Positions 16,935 to 26,857 of a DNA stretch of 64,000 nt are shown one piece after another. This DNA comes from Candidatus Anstonellaceae archaeon (lineage in GTDB: Archaea; Micrarchaeota; Micrarchaeia; Anstonellales; Anstonellaceae), in contig JAWAKW010000001.1 of the NCBI GenBank assembly GCA_038887295.1, positions 366,359 to 430,358 of the forward strand, written 5' to 3'. A model generated the notes under the pieces. The model did not search any database and was not told the DNA's origin. It was given only the letters and a program-made list of their open reading frames with translations. A program made the position numbers and the translations under genes. Every line of letters begins with the position of its first letter. The first letter of the stretch is position 1.

Positions 16935-17003
16935 GGAGAGTCCCGGCAAGGGCGCGTTTTTTATCAAAAGTGCTATTAAGCTGTTGCTAGAAAATCACGC
17001 TTT

Positions 17004-19166
17004 ATGCAAAAGAAAATACTGATTACCGCTGCGCTTCCTTACGTGAACAATGTTCCTCATCTTGGCAACATAATAGGCTGTGTGCTTTCTGCAGATGTTT
17101 TTGCGCGGTATTGTAGAAGCAGAGGCTACCCAACCCTTTTTGTATGTGGCACAGATGAATACGGCACCGCAACCGAGGCAAAGGCTTTGGAGGAGGGCAT
17201 AAGCCCACAAGAGCTTTGCGACCGCTACCACCAAATACATCGGAAAATTTATGAATGGTTTGGAATTTCAACTGATATTTTCGGAAGGACCACCACTCCA
17301 CTTCATACTCAAATTACGCACGAGATTTTCCTTGCGCTTTACAAAAATGGCTATATCAAAGAAGATGAAATAGTGCAGGCTTATGATGAGAAAGCCGATA
17401 TGTTTCTTGCAGATCGCTTCATAGAAGGCACCTGCCCGCACTGTGGCTATGAGCAGGCAAGAGCAGATCAGTGCGACAAATGCGGCCGCCTACTCAACTT
17501 CGATGAATTAATCAACCCGATAAGCAAACTCACCAAGACTACTCCAGTCAAAAGGACTTCAAGGCATCTTTTCATAGACCTTCCTGAAATTGAAAAGCAG
17601 CTTGAAGAATGGATTGAAAAGACCTCAAAAGAGGGTTTTTGGTCTGAAAATTCTTATAAAATCTCCAAAGCTTGGCTTTCAGAAGGACTCAAAAAGCGCT
17701 GCATCACACGGGATCTAAAGTGGGGGGTGCCAGTGCCGCTTCCAGGCTGGGAGAAAAAAGTATTTTACGTTTGGTTTGATGCCCCAATCGGCTATATTTC
17801 AATAACCGCCAACTTCACCTCGGACTGGAGAAGCTGGTGGCAGAACCCCAACGAGGTTCTCCTCTATCAGTTTATGGGGAAAGACAATGTGCCATTTCAC
17901 ACAGTCATTTTTCCCTCCACCCTTATGGGAACAAGGCAAAATTGGACGCTAGTCTACCATCTTTCAACAACAGAATTTCTCAATTACGAAGGAGGGAAGT
18001 TCAGCAAATCAAGGGGCGTTGGGGTGTTTGGCAATGACGCAATGGAAAGCGGCATCCCTGCAGATGTTTGGAGATATTATCTGCTTGCAAACAGACCGGA
18101 GAAAACAGACTCTGATTTTACCTGGAAGGACTTTGCAGAAAAGACCAACAACGAGCTGCTTGCAAACCTCGGCAACCTTGTCAACAGGACGCTGGTGTTC
18201 ATTGACCGAGAATTTGGAGGGCAAATCCCTCAGCCTTCGCTTTCAAAAGAAGACCATGCTTTTATTGACTCTCAGAAATCCATTTTCGAAAAAGTTACTG
18301 CGCTTCTTGAGCGCGTGCAGCTCAAAGATGCACTTCACCTCATCATGCACGCAAGCAAGGAAGCAAATGCATATTTCCAAAAACAGCAGCCTTGGAAGAC
18401 TGCAAAAGAGGACAGGCAGCGGTGCGCTAGCGCAATTTTTGTGCTTGCAAACCAGATAAAAGACCTTGCTGTGGCTTTAGAGCCATTCCTGCCACACACC
18501 TCTGCTTCAATTTTTAGCCAGCTTTCCATCCCTCCTAAAAAATGGGAGGATTTAGGACGCCTCTCTTTGTTGCCGGGCCACAGGATTGGAAAGCCTGAAA
18601 TTCTTTTCAGAAAGCTTGAGCCAAAGCAAATTGCCGTGCTTTCGGCCAAATACGGCGGAAAGCAAACAGAAAGCGCAAGCTCTTCTGCACAGATCGCATC
18701 CGATGAGGTTTGGCTGGATTTGGAGGTGGCAAAAATAATCTCTGTCAAGCCCCATCCATCTGCCCAAAAGCTTTACATCGAGAAAATCCGCCTAGGAAAT
18801 GAAGAGAGGCAAATCGTCTCCGGTTTGGTGCCGTACTACAGCCCGCAAGAGCTTGAAGGGAAAAACATAATTTTGGTGAAGAATCTCAAGCCAGCAGTAA
18901 TTCGCGGGGTCGAATCCCAAGGGATGCTGCTTGCAGCCCAAGATGAAAAGGGGAACGTGGAAGTTCTTGTCGTGGATGCTGCAGAGGGCACCAAAGTCCA
19001 AATAGGTTCCTCTTCTGTTGCTGCTTCTTCGCAGATTACGATTGAGCAATTTTTCAGCGTGAAGCTTGAGGTGAAGGACGGCGTTTTTTTGGCAGGCGGC
19101 AAGCCGGTGCTGGTCGGCGGCCGGCCAATCACCACCAAGAGAGTGCTGAACGGAAAGGTGACTTAG
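17004..19166 (+). CDS. metG: Methionine--tRNA ligase with C-terminal tRNA-binding (Trbp111-like) domain
   Basis: LPYVNNVPHLGN, CPHC/CDKC knuckle, YVWFDAPIGY, KFSKS, ESQGMLLA. Confidence 0.97.
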   Translation: MQKKILITAALPYVNNVPHLGNIIGCVLSADVFARYCRSRGYPTLFVCGTDEYGTATEAKALEEGISPQELCDRYHQIHRKIYEWFGISTDIFGRTTTPLHTQITHEIFLALYKNGYIKEDEIVQAYDEKADMFLADRFIEGTCPHCGYEQARADQCDKCGRLLNFDELINPISKLTKTTPVKRTSRHLFIDLPEIEKQLEEWIEKTSKEGFWSENSYKISKAWLSEGLKKRCITRDLKWGVPVPLPGWEKKVFYVWFDAPIGYISITANFTSDWRSWWQNPNEVLLYQFMGKDNVPFHTVIFPSTLMGTRQNWTLVYHLSTTEFLNYEGGKFSKSRGVGVFGNDAMESGIPADVWRYYLLANRPEKTDSDFTWKDFAEKTNNELLANLGNLVNRTLVFIDREFGGQIPQPSLSKEDHAFIDSQKSIFEKVTALLERVQLKDALHLIMHASKEANAYFQKQQPWKTAKEDRQRCASAIFVLANQIKDLAVALEPFLPHTSASIFSQLSIPPKKWEDLGRLSLLPGHRIGKPEILFRKLEPKQIAVLSAKYGGKQTESASSSAQIASDEVWLDLEVAKIISVKPHPSAQKLYIEKIRLGNEERQIVSGLVPYYSPQELEGKNIILVKNLKPAVIRGVESQGMLLAAQDEKGNVEVLVVDAAEGTKVQIGSSSVAASSQITIEQFFSVKLEVKDGVFLAGGKPVLVGGRPITTKRVLNGKVT

Positions 19167-19237
19167 CTTCCCAAAGCTATTTATACCGCATCGGTTCATG
19201 GTTTTAGGCACTTTTGGGAGGATACGAAGGGGTCATA

Positions 19238-21310
19238 ATGGCATCTGAAGTTGACCTTCTGCCATACGTGGAAAAATTCGAGGAGTTTTATTCAGTTGCA
19301 ATGAAGGAGAAAATCAGCAAGCTGGTGGCAGAGTATCCGCTTCAAAAAAGCCTAGTGGTTGACTACCATGAGCTTGAAAGGTTTGACAAAAACCTTGCCG
19401 ATTTGCTCATCAAGCAGCCGGACAACATCATTTCTGCTGCTGAGCAAGCCCTTGTGAATTCCCAAGCAGTTTCATTCAAGGCAGCTCATCCAGAGGAAGA
19501 GTTTGAACCCCATGTCCGCTTCTTCAACCTTCCAAGCTCCAACCTTCTTATACAGGACATCAGCAGCAGGCAAATCAAGGAGCTCATCTGTGTCAAAGGC
19601 ACCATCACCCGCAGAACGCAAGTAAAGCACAAAGTAAAGGTTGCAGTCTATATTTGCCAAGTATGCGATGCCAAGACTAAGATTCCCCTAACCAAAAACG
19701 CAACTGTTCCGCAAGTGTGCGACTCGTGCAAGAGAAGGGCGCTCAAACTGGAGGAAGATGAGTCTTATTTTGTGGATATCCAATGGGCGCAGGCCCAAGA
19801 GCTTCTTGAGAGGCTCAAAGGTGGAGCAACCCCTGCCCAAATAAGCCTCCTTTTGGAAGACGACCTTGTCAACACAGTCACTCCCGGCGAAACCATGGAA
19901 ATTACCGGGATAATGCGCATCAGGCCGGAAGGCAAACGGGGCAAGGACTCTGCCCAAATATACGAACGGTACCTTGATGTCGTCTACATAAAAAGCACCC
20001 AGAAGGATTTTGAGGAAATAGAAACCACAAAGGAAGACGAACGGAAAATCCGTGAGCTTGCAGCAGACCCACGAATTTATGAGAAGATGCGCAACTCAAT
20101 TGCTCCGGGGATTTATGGGCACGATGAGGTAAAGGATGCCTTGGTGCTTCAACTTTTCGGCGGAACGCCCGGCAAGGTAATGCCTGGCGGTGCGCCCATC
20201 CGCGATGACATGCACATCCTGCTGATAGGCGACCCAGGCTCTGCAAAAACCCGATTTTTGCAGTACGTCTGCGAGCTTGCACCAAAAAGCATCTATGTTT
20301 CAGGCAAATCAGTGACTGGAGTAGGTTTGACTGCTGCTGCAGAAAAGGACGAGATCGGAGATGGCGGCTGGACCCTGAAAGCAGGCGCGCTGGTGCTTGC
20401 TTCTGGCGGGATTGCCGGTGTGGACGAATTTGACAAGATAGATGATAACGAAAGAGCCGCAATGCACGAGGTTATGGAATCGCAAAGCGTCTCAGTTGCA
20501 AAGGCAGGCATAGTGGCAAAGTTTCGGGCAAAAACCGCAATCCTTGCAGCAGCAAACCCCAAGTTCGGCAGGTTTGACCCAAATAAGCTCCCAGGAGAGC
20601 AGTTTGATATCCCGCCCACTCTTCTTTCAAGATTTGACCTAATCTTTCCAATTATCGATGTGCTGGATGAGGAGAAAGATGCAAAGCTTGCCCAGCACCT
20701 CTTGTCAATCCATAAATTTGCAGCAGAGGCAAAAGAGGCAAAGGAAGAGTCAATCGTTCCGCCCATCGATCCAATTCTCCTTCGCAAATACATCTCCTAT
20801 GCAAGGCAGCACGTCAAGCCGGTTCTTTCAAAGGAGGCAATGGAGCGCCTAAAGGAATATTATGTGCAGCTGAGGGGCAGAGGGAAAGCTGAAGGCTCGG
20901 TACCCATCACCCCACGCTATATTGAAGGCCTAATAAGGCTTTCTGAGGCTTCTGCAAAGGTGCGGCTTTCAAATACTGTGGAGATGCAAGATGCAGAAAG
21001 GGCAATTCGGCTTGTTGATTTCATGCTGAATAAAGTAAGCAGGGACAGGGAAACAGGCAAGCTGGATATAGATATTTTGGCAACCGGCAGGCCAAAAAGC
21101 CAAGTTGACAAGATAAACGAGATTCTCTCTATTGCAAGGAAGCTTCAGGAGCAGCTTGGGGCAGTGGAAATTTCAAGGCTGATAATGCAAGCAGAAGAAA
21201 AGGGAATAGATGAAATCACTGCGCGAAGGCTGATAGAAGACTTGATTTACAAAGGGGAGCTTTACAAAGCAAAGCCAGGCTTTGTCAAGATAGTAGAGCA
21301 GTCAGGCTGA
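19238..21310 (+). CDS. mcm: Replicative helicase MCM
   Basis: CQVC/CDSC Zn finger, GDPGSAKT, VDEFDKI, AAANPKFGRFD, LLSRFDL; no intein. Confidence 0.96.
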   Translation: MASEVDLLPYVEKFEEFYSVAMKEKISKLVAEYPLQKSLVVDYHELERFDKNLADLLIKQPDNIISAAEQALVNSQAVSFKAAHPEEEFEPHVRFFNLPSSNLLIQDISSRQIKELICVKGTITRRTQVKHKVKVAVYICQVCDAKTKIPLTKNATVPQVCDSCKRRALKLEEDESYFVDIQWAQAQELLERLKGGATPAQISLLLEDDLVNTVTPGETMEITGIMRIRPEGKRGKDSAQIYERYLDVVYIKSTQKDFEEIETTKEDERKIRELAADPRIYEKMRNSIAPGIYGHDEVKDALVLQLFGGTPGKVMPGGAPIRDDMHILLIGDPGSAKTRFLQYVCELAPKSIYVSGKSVTGVGLTAAAEKDEIGDGGWTLKAGALVLASGGIAGVDEFDKIDDNERAAMHEVMESQSVSVAKAGIVAKFRAKTAILAAANPKFGRFDPNKLPGEQFDIPPTLLSRFDLIFPIIDVLDEEKDAKLAQHLLSIHKFAAEAKEAKEESIVPPIDPILLRKYISYARQHVKPVLSKEAMERLKEYYVQLRGRGKAEGSVPITPRYIEGLIRLSEASAKVRLSNTVEMQDAERAIRLVDFMLNKVSRDRETGKLDIDILATGRPKSQVDKINEILSIARKLQEQLGAVEISRLIMQAEEKGIDEITARRLIEDLIYKGELYKAKPGFVKIVEQSG

Positions 21311-21364
21311 CACTTTAGGTGGCAATTTTAAGATTTGGCGAGAATATATAATAAGGGGAAAAGG

Positions 21365-23725
21365 ATGCGGCATTTCGACTTTAAAAAAAGCCACCACAGG
21401 CTCAAAGAGGACCAGCTTTTGAATTTCAAAAGCTCGCTTACGCACGAATGCACCAGCACGCGCAGGATGAGGCTGGTTGTCTTTCGGCATTTTCTTGAAA
21501 ATGTGGTGCTCAAACATGCAGCCGAGTTCAGGCCAGGGGCATACAAAGTAATCTTTAAGCCAGAGGAGAAGGAAGGCTCGCCTTACTTGTGCATTTATCC
21601 ACAAATGCGCTTTTCTGATTTGAATGCCTTCAAGATTATAAAAAGCCAAAAAAAAGACATAGTTTTCATTTCATACAGGTGCAAAGAGCCTTTCTCCTTG
21701 GTGGATACACTGCAAAGGGAAATTGGAGCTCAGCCACTTGCCAACTTTTTAATCAGGCATATAGACTTCGAAACTTTGGCTTCAGCCATAGCCAAAAAGA
21801 AGGCTCAGCTTGCCTTGCATACGCCACAAAACGATCAACTTATCGCAGACCTTCAAATCCTCCAAGATTACATTAGTAATGAAACCTCCCAAAGAGAATT
21901 GCTGCTTAGACAATCCTGCCTTCCTGGAAAAACAACCCAGGAGCTTTACCGAGCTCTTTCAGAGATAAAATTAGTGATTTTGCAGATGAAGGAAGTCAAA
22001 AGGCAAACCAATTCGTGTGAGCGGCTTCCTGACATTATGCCGTTTTCTGCCGCAATGTTTTGGCCAATTTCGCAGCATGAGGCAAAAATTATTGTGGATT
22101 GCGCAAGCCCTGCCTTCAAAGCCTTCGTCGCTGCAGGAATGCAACAATATGTAACTGCAATGAAAAAGTCTTCAGGCGTTGCACTCTTGGAGTATTCCTC
22201 ATTTGATTTGATGCGCGACTTTGACTATCTGCTACAGCGGATGCAGGACCAATACCCAAGAAAAGAATCATTCCAGCGCAAATATGAGGACATTATGCGT
22301 CGCATGCGCGAAGTCTACAACAAGATTAGGGTTATAGACAAAAAAATGCTCACCCTTTCTTCCAAGCTTTCATATTCTCCTTATGATTTTTTGGCCGTAT
22401 GCGAACTTGGGCAAATGAGGAGAGATTTGCTTTTGCTGCTGAGGAAAATTTACAAGGATGTCGAGTTCCTAAGCCACAAAACCGAAGAAGTCAACCATTT
22501 AAGGATGATAATTTCAACCATGGCTGCAAATTTGTGCAAGATTGTTAGCGATGAGTACAGGCTGTGGGAAACCTTCCTTTCCTCAGGCTATCTGTTTGAG
22601 CCATCTTTTCAGAAGAATCTGGCAAAGCTTAAAGCAAAGGAAAAGCCAGATATCCAAAAGCTATATTACCGAATAAGCTCTTTCATCCGATATGCAGAGT
22701 TGGAGGATGAAAATATACAAAAAATGAGGCAGGACGCTTCCTCCAGCCCGCAAAAATACTTCAGCAAAAGCAACAACCTTGAAAAGGATCTTGCATCCAA
22801 GATAGATTCGCTCAGGGACATTTCTCCTCTGGCGCACTTTGTCCTTTCCGAAGCCTATATTGATTCAAGATCCCATCTGGAGTATAAATTCGGCGGCAAC
22901 ATGTGCGAAGACCCATTTTATTACCTAAATTCGACCGATTTACTTCTTGCAAAGCTGATGATTGCCCCCAATGAAGAAAAACAGGCTGCAGCAGAGCAGC
23001 TCAGAAAACAAGTTGCAGCAAATGCATCTGTTTTTGGAATTCTGGAAAAATACGGTCTGAAATCCCAGATTCTTAACAGCATAGAGCCTTTCCTTTACCT
23101 CAAAGAAAAGGCATTTGACTTGGAATTCAACCCATTTTCCAAGCTTGAGGAAGGATTCCGCGGCAAAAGCATAGAGGTCTCTTACAGAACTGCAGTGGAA
23201 TCAGACGGAAAGATGTATATCTATTACCAATTAGGACAAATTGTAGAAAAAGTACCCATTCCTACCCCTTCTGAAATTTCTGCCTCAGAAAAGATAGGGC
23301 CGGAAGCAGTTTATGGCGACAAGTTTGATTTAGATTTTGTCCTGCAGAATCAAGTTACAGGCAAGCCACTTTCTGAAATTTACACTATAATTTACAGCTC
23401 TCTGCCTTCTGACTTCTCAACTTTTCTTACTGTGCAACAAAGCCTCCGTTTTGAGGACCTTTCCACCTCATACTTCCTTTCAACCTTCCCAAAAAGCCAT
23501 TTTGGAGGTTGCATCTCAAATATAGGGGAGGTTCCGCCATCATTTTTGGACAAAAACACCAATACCCTCATTGACGGCCTTAAGGCTATCTATCCAAACT
23601 ACCAAAATGAGGTTAAACAACTAGTGGATTTCTTTCTGGATAAGATGAGGTTGAGGATATTTAGGGAGCTGAACCGCTCCACTCTCTTTTGGATTTCAAG
23701 CTGCATCGATGAAATGAAAACATAG
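21365..23725 (+). CDS. Hypothetical protein (~786 aa, helical-looking, no motif recognised)
   Basis: Long uninterrupted ORF; start uncertain (TTG 21335 or ATG 21365). Confidence 0.7.
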   Translation: MRHFDFKKSHHRLKEDQLLNFKSSLTHECTSTRRMRLVVFRHFLENVVLKHAAEFRPGAYKVIFKPEEKEGSPYLCIYPQMRFSDLNAFKIIKSQKKDIVFISYRCKEPFSLVDTLQREIGAQPLANFLIRHIDFETLASAIAKKKAQLALHTPQNDQLIADLQILQDYISNETSQRELLLRQSCLPGKTTQELYRALSEIKLVILQMKEVKRQTNSCERLPDIMPFSAAMFWPISQHEAKIIVDCASPAFKAFVAAGMQQYVTAMKKSSGVALLEYSSFDLMRDFDYLLQRMQDQYPRKESFQRKYEDIMRRMREVYNKIRVIDKKMLTLSSKLSYSPYDFLAVCELGQMRRDLLLLLRKIYKDVEFLSHKTEEVNHLRMIISTMAANLCKIVSDEYRLWETFLSSGYLFEPSFQKNLAKLKAKEKPDIQKLYYRISSFIRYAELEDENIQKMRQDASSSPQKYFSKSNNLEKDLASKIDSLRDISPLAHFVLSEAYIDSRSHLEYKFGGNMCEDPFYYLNSTDLLLAKLMIAPNEEKQAAAEQLRKQVAANASVFGILEKYGLKSQILNSIEPFLYLKEKAFDLEFNPFSKLEEGFRGKSIEVSYRTAVESDGKMYIYYQLGQIVEKVPIPTPSEISASEKIGPEAVYGDKFDLDFVLQNQVTGKPLSEIYTIIYSSLPSDFSTFLTVQQSLRFEDLSTSYFLSTFPKSHFGGCISNIGEVPPSFLDKNTNTLIDGLKAIYPNYQNEVKQLVDFFLDKMRLRIFRELNRSTLFWISSCIDEMKT

Positions 23726-23861
23726 CGATGATTTATGAGTTAGGCTGTTGCAAAGCAGATCGCAAAGAAAGGTTTAAGCTTGCATATGAAACTGCATCGA
23801 AGATCTCTTATTAAAAACATTTTTAAACATTATCTAACACATTACTCTATCGGTGAGCCTC

Positions 23862-25102
23862 ATGCGTTTTAATTTGATTTTCATTCTTCTGTTTGCAGCT
23901 CTAACCCCCTCTTGTTTTTCGGAAGGATACATGCTCAAAGTAGATAAAGCTTTGATTTCGAAGCACTTGAAGACCCCTTAAGCCCACAGTCTATTCTTTC
24001 AGGAAGCGGCTTGTTCTCCCAAACAAACTCCTTTGGCTGGCTTTTCAAAGAAAACAGTCATAGTTTACCCACAACATTCTGAAAAACGCCCGGAAAAATA
24101 TTCTGCTGAACATGAAATCGTTTTTAGCAGAGTAGAGACTGGTCACTATCCTAAAGCTGGATTAGCACTCAGCACAGATCAGAAAGGAGCATTATTCATC
24201 GAGTTTGAAAGCCGCGCAGGCGAAGTATACCCTCGCGTGCTCAAAAATGACGGTCTTCTCACTTCTGAGTCACAATGGCTCAAAAGATATTATTTCATAC
24301 CTGAAAATTTTGAAAATGGGGCAAGCATTTGGCTTTTGATAGGATGGATAGAGAATATGAGTATAGACGATGTTGTGAGGCACATTAAAGAAGAAGGAAA
24401 ATTCACTGTTGAGTGGGAAGACTATCAAAACCGCTACGAATATACTGCCTATTCCATATTTTCAAACAAACTTACTGGAGAGCTTAAGATGGTTTCTAAT
24501 TATGATACTCGCGGGAGTACAAGAATTATGCGATAAGGGAAGAGGGGCCTAATCTGCTATTCTTCCTGACAGATGACTACGATTACATAAAGAATCTTGA
24601 TTATGTGGATACTTATAGAATATATGTGGAAGGACTTCCTAACATACCTACCAACATAGATTCAATATCAGAAAAACTGAGCGCATACATCGAAGGCACT
24701 CTTAAACTTCCAAAGCCGCAGTTCATCATCTTCTCCTGGTCACATCTTGTAGGAGAAGATCCACATGATTATCATAAGGCACTGATTGAAGTGTGGGCTA
24801 TTAAGATGAAAAATCACTCAGTTTACACTGTTGCCATGGGTTTAGCCTACTCAGACAGTTATATTTTTTCTAGAAGATTGAAAGAGTTCGTTGGCACATT
24901 TACCCTCCAATCAGCAAAATATACCGATCCGCACGCCTTGGAAGCTACGCAAATATTTGAAGGTGAAGCATTTGGTTATCTGGATGAGAATCTTTCTCCA
25001 ACAGGTCCTGGATTACTAGGCTATTTTTCCGAAGAACCATCGCTTTTAAAGGAGGCAACTGGGCCTTCCTGCCGTGCTTTGAGATTTTCAGTGTTAAGAT
25101 GA
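23862..25102 (+). pseudogene. Disrupted gene for a secreted protein (premature stop plus frameshift)
   Basis: GGTGA SD and ATG 23862 give signal peptide MRFNLIFILLFAALTPSCFS; in-frame TAA at 23979; the same frame continues as ORF 24033-24536; the frame of ORF 24605-25102 is open from 24506 and overlaps it. Confidence 0.7.
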
Positions 25103-25210
25103 ATCTTGCACCCTTCAAGACAACCCACAAGCTAAAACACATTGTTTTTAAATTCATATGAAACTAATTAATAATCGTCTTTTTTGAAATGGAAAAGGTG
25201 GAGAGGTGAA

Positions 25211-25900
25211 ATGATGGAAATTAAAGATCTGTTCTCAGCCAAAGGGCTTGCATTCCTTGCGCTCTTTACGCTCCTTTCAGTAGTTGCATCTTCAATAAAC
25301 TTTTCTCAAGTCTTGGGTGGCCCATCCAATCAGACCTTCACCTTCTTCCAGTTCATAGGGCCGATCGCTGGCGGATTCCTTGGCGCCGGAGTGGGAGTCC
25401 TTTCAGTGATTCTTACCCAGCTGACTTCGTTTATCCTTTTGGGCAAATCGCTCGAAGTAATAAACGTGCTTAGATTTTTGCCTATGGCATTTGCAGCATT
25501 CTATTTTGCAAAATACTCAAAAGGAAAGCTTGTGCAAGGCATAGTCCCGCTTTTGTGCATGGCGGCTTTTATGGCGCATCCTGTCGGCTTGCAAGCATGG
25601 GTTTACTCGCTTTATTGGATGATTCCTGCAATAGTGCTTTTGCTTCCTGAAAACCTTTTTGCCCGCTCTCTTGGCGCAACCTTTACTGCCCACTCCATCG
25701 GAAGCATAATTTGGCTTTACTCTTTCCCATCCACACCTCAATTTTGGATTGGATTAATCCCTGTTGTGGCGTTCGAGCGGCTGCTTTTTGCAAGTGGCAT
25801 TGCGGCATCCTTTGTAGCGTTCAGCACTGCGCTTGCCAGAGTGGATGCAATTGCAAAGTCAGGCTTAATCCACATTGACCGCCGCTATGTGATTGCATAA
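25211..25900 (+). CDS. Integral membrane protein, possibly an ECF transporter S-component
   Basis: About 6-7 TM helices; FQFIGPIAGGFLGAGVG resembles the S-component N-terminus; GAGGTGA SD. Confidence 0.55.
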   Translation: MMEIKDLFSAKGLAFLALFTLLSVVASSINFSQVLGGPSNQTFTFFQFIGPIAGGFLGAGVGVLSVILTQLTSFILLGKSLEVINVLRFLPMAFAAFYFAKYSKGKLVQGIVPLLCMAAFMAHPVGLQAWVYSLYWMIPAIVLLLPENLFARSLGATFTAHSIGSIIWLYSFPSTPQFWIGLIPVVAFERLLFASGIAASFVAFSTALARVDAIAKSGLIHIDRRYVIA

Positions 25901-25901
25901 G

Positions 25902-26706
25902 CTACTTTTCTTTCTTTTTTGCATTTCGTATAAGTTCGCTAAAGCCATCCAGAATCTCAAGCGGCAGCGGTATGATTACAGTATTTGAAGCAGATGGACC
26001 CAACCCATCTATGGTCTGAAGCGCCCTCAGCTGAAGGCTTGCAGGCACTGAGGACATGATCTTTGCAGCCTCAGCCAGGTTCTTTGCAGCAAGCCTGTCT
26101 CCTTCAGATTTTATGATGGTTGCGCGCTTTTCCCTCTCTGCAGCAGCCTGTCTGCTCATAAGTCTCTTCAAGTCATCAGGGACATCCACATCTTGAAGCT
26201 TGATTGCAGTCACATCCAGGCCCCAGCCTTCAGTGACTTCTTCCACTACTTTCTGTATTTTTTCCCCAATCAGGCTTCTCTCGCTTAGCACTTCATCCAA
26301 ATTCATGGACCCAATTACATCCCTTAGTGCAGTCTGGGCGTACTGCCCCATTGCATAAGTGAAATTTTGCACTTTCATCACAGCATCCTCTGGTTTTTCC
26401 ACTTTGAAATAAAGCACTCCATTTACTGAAACAGGGACATTATCCTTTGTCATGACCGACTGCTTTGGGATATCCAAAGTCAAAATCCTCATATCTACTT
26501 TCCTGAGTTCCTGCAAAACCGGGATGATGATGGTGATTCCTGGCTCCCGCGTCCCGCTGTACTTTCCAAGAAAGAAGACCACTCCTTTTTCATATTGGTA
26601 AATCACATGCACAAACAGTTTGATGAGAACAGAGAACAATTAGTATTCCAATAGTCAAAAGCAGCTCTACATTTAAAAGAAACCTCATCAAAATGTCAAT
26701 CAGCAT
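25902..26706 (-). pseudogene. SPFH/band 7 (stomatin-like) protein, frameshifted by a 7-bp tandem duplication
   Basis: VDMRILTLDIPKQSVMTKDNVPV...QTALRDVIG...QAAAEREKRA. Removing one GAGAACA copy (26625-26638) joins ATG 26706 and the TM helix in frame, giving 265 aa. Confidence 0.8.
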
Positions 26707-26857
26707 TTCTTCACCCTGCGTCTTTTTCGCTTTACTGCTTTTTATTATTTGCTGTTGATTTGACTTTTCTATAAGCTTTTCTTTAAGAAAAAATAGCAGT
26801 CTGATTTTTCATGGCTGCATTTGCAACTCTTTTATTTCTTTTCTTTAGGATACTTTA

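Larger units (their letters stand above)
16529..16954 (+). tRNA. tRNA-Arg(CCG) with a 21-nt intron at 37/38 (16568-16588) and a 331-nt insert in the T-loop (16610-16940)
   Basis: Joined exons 16529-16567, 16589-16609 and 16941-16954 give a 74-nt cloverleaf: acceptor GCCCTTG/CAAGGGC+G, D-stem GTCC/GGAC with A20, anticodon stem CGAGC/GTTCG with loop CT-CCG-AA, T-stem CCGGG/CCCGG. Confidence 0.85.

Noticed and set aside
16610-16940. CRISPR array
   Set aside because: Only two copies of each repeat type, the variable part lies inside the hairpin loop rather than between repeats, and there are no cas genes in the window.
16610-16940. Group I or group II self-splicing intron
   Set aside because: No register gives both a 5' exon ending in U and an intron ending in G while restoring the T-loop. 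There is no GUGYG start or domain V, and I recognise no P7 core. An Infernal search would be decisive.
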